A DNA stretch of 63,822 nt, filler included, from Candidatus Zhuqueibacterota bacterium (GTDB lineage: Bacteria > BS750m-G25), in the NCBI GenBank assembly GCA_016783505.1. It is 4 parts of 4 records of this genome, joined end to end, with 100 filler letters (N's around TTAATTAATTAA, not from the genome) between each part and the next. Parts side by side here need not be neighbours in the genome. Positions count along the whole stretch, not along the records: positions 49,030 to 63,822 come from JADHWK010000052.1; 3 more parts are not named here. The stretch is one strand, 5' to 3'. Position 1 is the first letter of the stretch. Every line of letters begins with the position of its first letter. The notes under the pieces are model-generated. The model was not told where the DNA came from, did no database searches, and was given only the letters and a program-made list of their open reading frames with translations. The translations under genes and the position numbers were made by a program. Below, in pieces: positions 49,145 through 57,149 of the stretch.

Positions 49145-49241
49145 ATCTCACCAATCCCCTCGAAAATTCTAAAAATAGACACAGCAGATGGGGAAGACAT
49201 TTATCCAACTATCCAATTATCCAACCTTTTACAAACAAGCC

Positions 49242-49748
49242 TTATTCAAATCTCCAGGCAAGTCGCCTGACCAGCAGGGGAACCAGGACAAGCTGGCTAA
49301 CTAATCCCGGAAGTCCTATGAGCACCATCCCCTTTATGTAGATCAGGATGGGAATTTCGATGCCCAGAAAAGCCCCGAAGAGGGCCACCATCAGGCCCAG
49401 AACAACCCGTCCGGCCAGCATGGCCAGGGGCAGGGTAAGCCAGATCGTTACTCCCCTGTCCTTCCCCAGAAACCCGCACACAACCCCGTAGGTAGCCATT
49501 TCGGGCACCATCAGCACCGCCGTAGGGATAAACGGGGGCATGCCCGTAAGCAAAGCCCCTAATAAAGGACTGAATAATCCCACCAGCAATCCCCCAGACC
49601 AGCCGAGTAAAAAACCCGCCAGAAAAACGGGTAAATGCATGGGAAGAAAAATGCGACCTACCTGGGGGCCAAGGAGATGGAAGAGAAAGGCCAGGATCAC
49701 CCCAAGGGAGGTGAAGGCAGCCAACATGGCCAAAAACCGAGTGCTCAT
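49242..49748 (-). CDS. ECF transporter S-component
   Basis: FLPMHLPVFLAG, GMPP and E..TYG motifs; hydrophobic throughout. Confidence 0.85.
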   Translation of the reverse strand: MSTRFLAMLAAFTSLGVILAFLFHLLGPQVGRIFLPMHLPVFLAGFLLGWSGGLLVGLFSPLLGALLTGMPPFIPTAVLMVPEMATYGVVCGFLGKDRGVTIWLTLPLAMLAGRVVLGLMVALFGAFLGIEIPILIYIKGMVLIGLPGLVSQLVLVPLLVRRLAWRFE

Positions 49749-49790
49749 CGTAATTCGAGGAAAGATTTGGGATAGACGATCAATGGGATA

Positions 49791-51761
49791 TTATTTCAGC
49801 AGGGTCATCTTTCCTGCTTTGATAAAATTATTAATTTCAATAACATAGAAGTATATTCCTGAAGGTTGATAATCGGAATCCCAAACTTCTTGGTATATTC
49901 CCCTTCTTTTAAACCCATTTACCAGAACAGAAACTTCTTGACCCAGTGAATTATAAATTGTGATACGGACCCGGCAATGCTTCGGAATTCCAAAAGGAAT
50001 GATGGTTGAAGAGTTAAAGGGATTGGGGTAATTCTGACTCAGCCAGAACGCTGAGGCCTTATCTTTTTTTTTCTCCCGGACGGTTTCTTCTCCCCCGGCT
50101 TCATAAAACCGGGCCTTAAATTCCTGAATATACAGGTTAGCGATGTTGGAGTCGTGGATGATCAAAGTGTTTTCGTCGTTCTCGTTTTCTGCCGCCGATG
50201 TCCAGTTGTGAGAACCGGTGATGAGGATGGGATCGGAATCCGGATGCTCCCCGTCAATGATCATGTATTTATGGTGCAGCAGGCCATTCCCAATACCATC
50301 AACGAAGACCTCTGCCGGGGGATTCCAAGGGTTCCCCCCTCCCTGGCCCGAAAGGTCCCAGTATTCACTATATTGTCCCCAATAGGGATCTAAGGCTTGC
50401 GAAGAATCAAAAACTGCCTGCACCCGGAAATCTGGATAGCTATCATCGTCATCCCATTTGACCTTCATGCCATCAGAGATTCCCTGTCGGGTAAAGGTAT
50501 ATATGCAAAAGAAGATCTCATAATCAGCGGTGGCAATTGCATCAAGGATACGTTGGGTAACGTCATCGGTGGGGGACATGTATTGTTCGATCAGAATGCT
50601 GTCCACAGTGAAGGAATGAGGGGTGTTATCCGACTTTCGACTGCCGAAGCGGGAATCGGCGGGATCGGGGCTGAGCGTTGAGGAACCCCACATCTCCTCA
50701 AACTCCTGGGTATAGGCGGCGGCCAGGGTGCTGCTCCGGAATTCAACGACGTTATTGGCGTCGTATAAATTACCCCCATAGCTAAAATTAAAGGAACCGG
50801 TGAGCACCCAATCATCCTCTGGATCATCCCCCAGGCGGTGATCCACCACCAGAAACTTGTTGTGCATAATGCCGCCCCCAGTATTCTGTCCAAAGCTATC
50901 GTCTATCACGGGAATACCGGCATTCTCTAAGGCTTGTACCTCGGCATTGCCCCTTTTGGTATCATCAGTAATAAACCGCACTTCGACCCCCCGGTTGAGG
51001 GCGGCGATCAGGGCATCCCGCACATCCCATAGGGTGAGATTGTAGACGCAGCAATCAACGGAATACTGGGCAGAGTCAATCCGGGCGGCGACCTTTTCCC
51101 CTAAGTCTACACCCCCATCGGCCTCCTGAGTGGTGGCGAAATCTGCCTCCACGCTTTTACTGAAATAGACCCTGATAATTCTCACCCCTCCCAGTCCCTG
51201 TGGGGTGGGAACGGATAAATCCTGAAAGTCAACAGAACAGTCATCGGTGTCCTCCCCGTGGGGGTTGCGTTCGATGGAATGTCCCTCGGGAACCCCGGGA
51301 TGGGCGATAACCCCGGAGAAGCTCCCGTTTTCATAGGTAACCACGTCCACGTACTGGGCATGATCCTCCTGGCCTAACAGAATTTCATCCCCACCGTTGT
51401 TCAGGGCAAAGGTCATCTCGACGTCAGGGGTAAAACCAAAGGCCTGGGCGAAAGCGGTGCTGTTCTTGGCCACCAATAGATAACCCTGAGCGGGAATCAC
51501 CGTTCCCGGGGGAAACTGTCCATAGCCCTCGTAACCCGTAGTGTCTTCCTCATCCCCAAAATACCATCCGCTGAGGTTCACATCGTCCTCGGTGGGGTTG
51601 TAAAGCTCCACAAATTCGGCCTCATCAGAACCGGCTACATCGTAGTAGACCTCATTGATAACGACATGGTCGGCGATGTCCCCCAGAATTTCATGGTGAA
51701 GACAAAAAAGCAGGGAAAGGATTGTCAGGAATCTCATTATGTGATTCTTTTTCATAATCAT
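49791..51761 (-). CDS. Secreted lamin-tail-domain + phospholipase D (2x HKD) protein with a C-terminal sorting-type domain
   Basis: VVINEV..EFVELYN, HNKFLVVD and HHKYMIID, GSFN/GSHN, NYPNPFN...KMTLLK tail. Confidence 0.88.
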   Translation of the reverse strand: MIMKKNHIMRFLTILSLLFCLHHEILGDIADHVVINEVYYDVAGSDEAEFVELYNPTEDDVNLSGWYFGDEEDTTGYEGYGQFPPGTVIPAQGYLLVAKNSTAFAQAFGFTPDVEMTFALNNGGDEILLGQEDHAQYVDVVTYENGSFSGVIAHPGVPEGHSIERNPHGEDTDDCSVDFQDLSVPTPQGLGGVRIIRVYFSKSVEADFATTQEADGGVDLGEKVAARIDSAQYSVDCCVYNLTLWDVRDALIAALNRGVEVRFITDDTKRGNAEVQALENAGIPVIDDSFGQNTGGGIMHNKFLVVDHRLGDDPEDDWVLTGSFNFSYGGNLYDANNVVEFRSSTLAAAYTQEFEEMWGSSTLSPDPADSRFGSRKSDNTPHSFTVDSILIEQYMSPTDDVTQRILDAIATADYEIFFCIYTFTRQGISDGMKVKWDDDDSYPDFRVQAVFDSSQALDPYWGQYSEYWDLSGQGGGNPWNPPAEVFVDGIGNGLLHHKYMIIDGEHPDSDPILITGSHNWTSAAENENDENTLIIHDSNIANLYIQEFKARFYEAGGEETVREKKKDKASAFWLSQNYPNPFNSSTIIPFGIPKHCRVRITIYNSLGQEVSVLVNGFKRRGIYQEVWDSDYQPSGIYFYVIEINNFIKAGKMTLLK

Positions 51762-51801
51762 AAACCTCTAAAGAGGTAACTCCGAGTAACAATAAACTGA
51801 G

Positions 51802-52314
51802 TTACCCCGAAGTTTCGGGGTTTGTTTTTTTAACCCTTTTTATTATCTGAGTGCGAACCACCCAGGCATTGGTATACCCCAGTTCAAAGGCCTCTTCCTT
51901 AAGCCGCTCGGCATCCCGCCAGCTCTCACAGTCTCCCAGCCTCACCTTATAGTTTGGGACATCGTATTCGAGATAGACTCCGGTTAGTTCCTGAAAGGTT
52001 GCTGACGCTTCAGCCTCCACTTCCCGGGCTGCATCCCCATCGGGGGAGGAGAAGATCTGAACCCGAAACCCGGGCACTAATCTTTCTTCATAACCAACCT
52101 CCACCGTATCCTGGGGTTGTTCCTCAGCCTTCTTTTCCATAATTCCCTCAAAGATATCGTCATCGAGAAGCAGGGGATCAATGGGCTGATGGACCTTAGG
52201 TGAAGGGGGTTCCTGCACCAACAGTGAATCCTCCCTAGCTTCCTGACCAAAATTAGTGCCCGGAGGGAGAAAAACCAGGGTAATGATGAAAACAAGCAGG
52301 TATATACGATTCAT
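51802..52314 (-). CDS. SPOR domain protein
   Basis: Signal peptide, GFRVQI, YKVRLGD and GYTNAWVV. Confidence 0.85.
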   Translation of the reverse strand: MNRIYLLVFIITLVFLPPGTNFGQEAREDSLLVQEPPSPKVHQPIDPLLLDDDIFEGIMEKKAEEQPQDTVEVGYEERLVPGFRVQIFSSPDGDAAREVEAEASATFQELTGVYLEYDVPNYKVRLGDCESWRDAERLKEEAFELGYTNAWVVRTQIIKRVKKTNPETSG

Positions 52315-52514
52315 ACTTTGTAAAAATAAAGGATTTTAGGGATAAAGTCAAGAGAAAAAACAAGGGGTTGACCAATTCTTACCCCCGGATTTTTCCCCAA
52401 TGCCTGGGAAAATTTTTCTTATTTGGTTAACGTTCTCTAAAATTCTTAATTTTTTTGTTGATTTTTTCCTTATATATTGTTAAATTCTTAACAAATTGAT
52501 TTGTGGAGAAAGGA

Positions 52515-52922
52515 ATGAGAGCAGAGATATCTACAAAGAATATCAGGAGTGAATTCGTTCAAAGGGTGGAGGAATTAAGCGGGCAGGATCTCCTTGCCTG
52601 CTATCAATGCGGTAAGTGCTCTGCTGGATGTCCCATAGTGGAAGAGATGGATATTATACCCAACCAGGCCATCCGATTGGCCCAACTTGGATTAGAAGAT
52701 GAGGTCTTAAACTCAAAAACGATATGGCTCTGCGCTTCCTGTTTTATGTGTTTTTCACGCTGTCCCAAAGGAGTAGATTTTTCAAAAATAGCCGAGGCCC
52801 TGCGGATGATAGCCATGGGGACGGAGATCGAACATTATGGTCCCCAGCAGGTGCCATGGGAGATCGCTGCTGAAGCCCCCCAGCAAGCCCTGGTAAGCGC
52901 CTTCCGAAAATTCAGTCTTTAG
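52515..52922 (+). CDS. hdrC: Heterodisulfide reductase subunit C
   Basis: CYQCGKCSAGCP and WLCASCFMCFSRCP. Confidence 0.92.
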   Translation: MRAEISTKNIRSEFVQRVEELSGQDLLACYQCGKCSAGCPIVEEMDIIPNQAIRLAQLGLEDEVLNSKTIWLCASCFMCFSRCPKGVDFSKIAEALRMIAMGTEIEHYGPQQVPWEIAAEAPQQALVSAFRKFSL

Positions 52923-52925
52923 GAG

Positions 52926-53855
52926 ATGACAATGAAATTATGTTACTACCCGGGATGCACCTTAAAGGATAAAACCACCAATCTCGATCAAACGACTATA
53001 GCCGCTGCCGATGAGCTAGGCATTGAATTGGTTGAGCTCCCCAACTGGACGTGCTGTGGGGCCACTTATCCCCTGACCGAGGAAAAAATCGCCAATCTGG
53101 TACCCCAGATCAGGATTCTGTATAATGTGATGGTGGAAGGGGATAATCGGGTAACCACAACCTGCGCCTTCTGTTACAGCACCCTGAAGCGCGCCAACCG
53201 GGCAATTCTAAATGACCCCATTAAGAGAAAACGCATCAACGCTTATCTGAAGGATGACAAGCGGATACCGGAGTACGATAAGGAAACCGTCTATAATTTT
53301 AAGGATTACAATGGCGAGGTAAAGGTCGTTCACTTTTTAGAAGTCTTGAGGGACGATGTGGGGTTTGAAAACCTTTCTCTGAAGCTAAAAAAGAATCTTG
53401 AGGGACTGAAGGTGGCCCCTTATTACGGTTGCAAACTATTGCGTCCCCCCGAAGAGATGGAGTTTGATGACCCGGAGAATCCCCGGATTATGGAGGATTT
53501 TCTTGAAAGCCTCGGATGTGAAGTTATAGATTATCCCTTTAAAACCGATTGTTGCGGATCCTACCTATCCCTCTCGGCGCCCGATGCTGCCACTCGTGCC
53601 TCCCATTTGATATTGAACTCAGCAGTAAAAAATGGAGCCGATCTAGTCGCCTTAACCTGTCCCCTCTGCTATTACAATCTGGACAGGAGACAGGAGGATA
53701 TCGGTAACCGGTTTATGGACTTCAGCCCGATACCCGTCTTATTCTTTACCCAGCTCCTAGCTATTGCCCTGGGAGTTGAAGATGAAATTCTAGGTTTAGA
53801 TCAACATTATATTGATCCATCCCCGTTATTAAGGGAGAAGAAACTGGTAACTTAG
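52926..53855 (+). CDS. hdrB: Heterodisulfide reductase subunit B
   Basis: Two CCG domains: YYPGC..CCGA..CAFC and YYGC..CCGS..CPLC. Confidence 0.93.
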   Translation: MTMKLCYYPGCTLKDKTTNLDQTTIAAADELGIELVELPNWTCCGATYPLTEEKIANLVPQIRILYNVMVEGDNRVTTTCAFCYSTLKRANRAILNDPIKRKRINAYLKDDKRIPEYDKETVYNFKDYNGEVKVVHFLEVLRDDVGFENLSLKLKKNLEGLKVAPYYGCKLLRPPEEMEFDDPENPRIMEDFLESLGCEVIDYPFKTDCCGSYLSLSAPDAATRASHLILNSAVKNGADLVALTCPLCYYNLDRRQEDIGNRFMDFSPIPVLFFTQLLAIALGVEDEILGLDQHYIDPSPLLREKKLVT

Positions 53856-53912
53856 CTCGCCCAAATACAGATCGGTTCTTAGTAAATCCGGAACATCAAA
53901 TCAGGAACTGCT

Positions 53913-55205
53913 ATGAAGAGAATAGGTATCTTTGTTTGTCATTGTGGAATAAACATCGCTGGTGTCATTGATGTCAAAAGGGCTGCCGAGGAATTGAGTA
54001 GCTATCCGGGGGTAGAATTTTCTACCGATTATATCTACATGTGTTCCGAACCCGGTCAAATCCTGGTTAGGGATACGATCAGGGAGAAGAAACTTGATGG
54101 GGTGGTAGTCGCCGCCTGTTCCCCAACCTTACACGAGCTTACCTTTCGCACCGCCTCGAGGCTGGCCGGTCTGAATCCATATCAATGTGAAATAGCCAAT
54201 ATCAGGGAGCAGTGTAGCTGGGTTCATGCGGATAAGGAAAAGGCTTTCCAAAAGGCCCTAAAGATCATTAAGAGTACCATTGAGAAAGTTAAATATAATG
54301 AATCATTAGAGCCCATCAGCGTTCCTGTCAACCGACGAGCCCTGGTCATTGGGGGGGGGATCGCCGGGATTCAGGCGGCCCTGGATATCGCCAACAGCGG
54401 CTATGAAACCCTGCTGGTGGAAAGGCAACCCTCCATTGGGGGGCACATGATTCAGCTCTCCGAGACTTTCCCAACCCTGGACTGTTCCCAGTGCATCCTT
54501 ACCCCGAAGATGGTGGAGGCAGGACAGCATCCAAAGATAAAATTATTCACCTACTCCGAAATAGAAGAAATTGGGGGTTATATTGGTAATTTTAAGGTAA
54601 AGATTAGGAAAAAGGCCAGATCCATTGATGAAGAAGCATGCACGGGTTGTGGAGAGTGCATGGTAGCCTGTCCGGTGAGGAACGAGCCTCAAATTCAGCC
54701 TATCCCCAAATACAGTGAACAGATTGAGCCCGGGGAACTTAAAATACTTGACAGAATTATGGCAGCCTATGCACCCACTAATCCTGGCGTCCCGGGCAAG
54801 GAGATGCTTATTCAGATATTGCAAGATGTCAATCTCGAATATCACTATTTGCCAGACTATACCTTGAAGTATATCTCTGAGAGGCTACAGCTCCCGCTTT
54901 CAGTCGTCTATCACGTAGCCACTTTCTACACAGCCTTCAGCCTGAAACCGAGGGGTGAGCATCTAATCAGGGTTTGCATGGGTACTGCGTGTCATGCACG
55001 TGGGTCACCGAGGGTTCTGGAAGAGTTGGAGAGGCAGTTAGAAATACCCCGAGGCGAGACAACACCCGATCTCCAGTTCACTCTGGAAACGGTCAACTGT
55101 CTCGGCTGCTGTGCCCTTGGACCTGTTGTAATGGTTGATAGTAATTATCACTCCATCACTGCTAATAAGGTAGGAGGGTTACTTAAAAAATATAGTAAAT
55201 CATAA
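53913..55205 (+). CDS. HdrA N-terminal half fused to a NuoE/HydC-like [2Fe-2S] domain
   Basis: CHCGINI, ACSP, NIREQCSW, GGGIAG, TFPTLDC and CTGCGECMVACP, then VATFY..CMGTAC..CLGCC. Confidence 0.9.
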   Translation: MKRIGIFVCHCGINIAGVIDVKRAAEELSSYPGVEFSTDYIYMCSEPGQILVRDTIREKKLDGVVVAACSPTLHELTFRTASRLAGLNPYQCEIANIREQCSWVHADKEKAFQKALKIIKSTIEKVKYNESLEPISVPVNRRALVIGGGIAGIQAALDIANSGYETLLVERQPSIGGHMIQLSETFPTLDCSQCILTPKMVEAGQHPKIKLFTYSEIEEIGGYIGNFKVKIRKKARSIDEEACTGCGECMVACPVRNEPQIQPIPKYSEQIEPGELKILDRIMAAYAPTNPGVPGKEMLIQILQDVNLEYHYLPDYTLKYISERLQLPLSVVYHVATFYTAFSLKPRGEHLIRVCMGTACHARGSPRVLEELERQLEIPRGETTPDLQFTLETVNCLGCCALGPVVMVDSNYHSITANKVGGLLKKYSKS

Positions 55206-55266
55206 TAGGTGCTAAAAAATTTGCTTCGTCAGACAAAAATTCCTTTTATGAAAACCGGGAGTAGAG

Positions 55267-57132
55267 ATGTCAAGACTTAATAGCATAAAAGAGCTAGATA
55301 AATTGAGCAAGGAGATTCTTAGCGGCAAGGACCCCAAGAGGAAGTGTATTACTGTCTGTGGTGGTACAGGTTGTATTGCATATGGAAGCCCGAATGTTGT
55401 GGACGCTTTTAAGAAAGAATTGAAGCAACAAAAGCTTGAAGATAAGGTGGACATCCTGGTAACTGGTTGTCACGGATTCTGCGAAAGAGGTCCTTTAGTT
55501 GTAATTCGTCCTGAAGGAATCTTCTACCAAAGAATAAAGCCCGAGAATATTCATGAGATTATCAAAGATACGGTAATTGATGGCAAGATTCTCGATCATC
55601 TTCTCTATACTGATCCCATAACTGGCGAGAAAATTGTTTACGAGCATGAAGTACCGTTTTACAAGAAGCAAGTACGACTTGTCTTTGGCAACAACGGATT
55701 TATCGAACCCACGAGTATCACTGACTATATTGGGATCGGTGGGTATAGCGCCCTTGCAAAAGTGCTCTCAGGTATGACCCCTGAGAAAGTAATTGATATT
55801 GTAAAAAAATCTGGACTCAGAGGACGGGGAGGGGGCGGTTTCCCAACAGGTGTCAAATGGGAGTCATGTCGAAAAGCAGAGGGCGATGTTAGATATGTCC
55901 TATGCAATGCCGACGAGGGAGATCCTGGGGCCTATATGGATAGAAGTGTATTAGAGGGAAATCCTCACTCTGTTTTAGAAGGAATGATTATAGGAGCGTA
56001 TGCTATTGGCTCACATGAAGGATATATCTATGTCCGACAGGAGTATCCATTAGCCGTAAAACACTTTGGAATTGCACTGGAGAAGACTCGTGAATATGGA
56101 CTCCTGGGAAAGAATATATTGGGTTCAGGTTTTGATTTCGATATTACGATAAATAGGGGCGGTGGTGCCTTTGTCTGTGGTGAATCAACAGCTCTTATGG
56201 CATCTATTGAGGGGAATCCAGGCGAACCGAGAGCGAAGCATGTCCATACTGTTGAAAAAGGACTATGGGATAGGCCGAGTAACCTTAATAATGTAGAGAC
56301 CTGGGCCAATGTGCCACTTATCATTAATAAAGGTTGGGAGTGGTATTCCAAAATTGGAACAGAAAAGAGCAAGGGAACAAAAATATTTTCTCTTGTGGGT
56401 AAAGTTAATAATACTGGGTTAGTAGAAATTCCGATGGGCATGACCTTGCGAGAAGTCGTGTATGACATAGGAGGAGGAATAAGAGGAGGGAAGAACTTTA
56501 AGGCAGTTCAAACTGGCGGCCCATCTGGAGGCGTAATACCCGAGAGTCTTCTTGACCTTCCAGTTGACTTTGAACGCCTCACAGAAGCTGGGAGTATGAT
56601 GGGCTCAGGTGGAATGATAGTGATGGATGATAGTAACTGTATGGTGGATATTGCCAAATACTTTATCAATTTTCTAAAGGATGAATCCTGCGGCAAATGT
56701 ACCCCTTGCCGCCAAGGGCTAATACAAATGCACCAAATTCTAACGGATATTTGTCAAGGCCAAGGCGTAATAGAGGATTTGGCACTCCTTGATAAGCTGT
56801 GTTGGATTGTCAGTGAAACTTCCCTGTGTCAACTGGGTGCCACTGCTCCAAATCCAGTATTAACTACTATAAGATATTTCAGGGATGAATACCAGGCCCA
56901 CATCATTGACCGGAAATGTCCGGGCGGGGTCTGTAAGGAGTTGATTCATTATTTTGTGGATGAAGAGAGATGCGTTAGCTTAGGTCACGGATGTGGAGCA
57001 TGCCGGAGGAGTTGTCCCCAGCAAGCTATCAGTGGGGAGAAGAACCAACTCCACCGTATTGACCAAAACAAATGTAACAAATGTGGAATTTGTTTGGATA
57101 CTTGCAAATTTGAAGCGATTATTCTGGAATAG
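55267..57132 (+). CDS. NuoF/HydB(BfuB)-like FMN/NAD(H)-binding subunit, long form
   Basis: N-terminal thioredoxin-like CGGTGC..CHGFC, GLRGRGGGGF, NADEGDPGAYMD, CGKCTPC, and C-terminal 2x[4Fe-4S]. Confidence 0.93.
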   Translation: MSRLNSIKELDKLSKEILSGKDPKRKCITVCGGTGCIAYGSPNVVDAFKKELKQQKLEDKVDILVTGCHGFCERGPLVVIRPEGIFYQRIKPENIHEIIKDTVIDGKILDHLLYTDPITGEKIVYEHEVPFYKKQVRLVFGNNGFIEPTSITDYIGIGGYSALAKVLSGMTPEKVIDIVKKSGLRGRGGGGFPTGVKWESCRKAEGDVRYVLCNADEGDPGAYMDRSVLEGNPHSVLEGMIIGAYAIGSHEGYIYVRQEYPLAVKHFGIALEKTREYGLLGKNILGSGFDFDITINRGGGAFVCGESTALMASIEGNPGEPRAKHVHTVEKGLWDRPSNLNNVETWANVPLIINKGWEWYSKIGTEKSKGTKIFSLVGKVNNTGLVEIPMGMTLREVVYDIGGGIRGGKNFKAVQTGGPSGGVIPESLLDLPVDFERLTEAGSMMGSGGMIVMDDSNCMVDIAKYFINFLKDESCGKCTPCRQGLIQMHQILTDICQGQGVIEDLALLDKLCWIVSETSLCQLGATAPNPVLTTIRYFRDEYQAHIIDRKCPGGVCKELIHYFVDEERCVSLGHGCGACRRSCPQQAISGEKNQLHRIDQNKCNKCGICLDTCKFEAIILE

Positions 57133-57149
57133 GAGAAAGGGGAATTCAA

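Noticed and set aside
55267-57132. Respiratory complex I or [FeFe]-hydrogenase operon
   Set aside because: There are no membrane Nuo subunits and no H-cluster domain.
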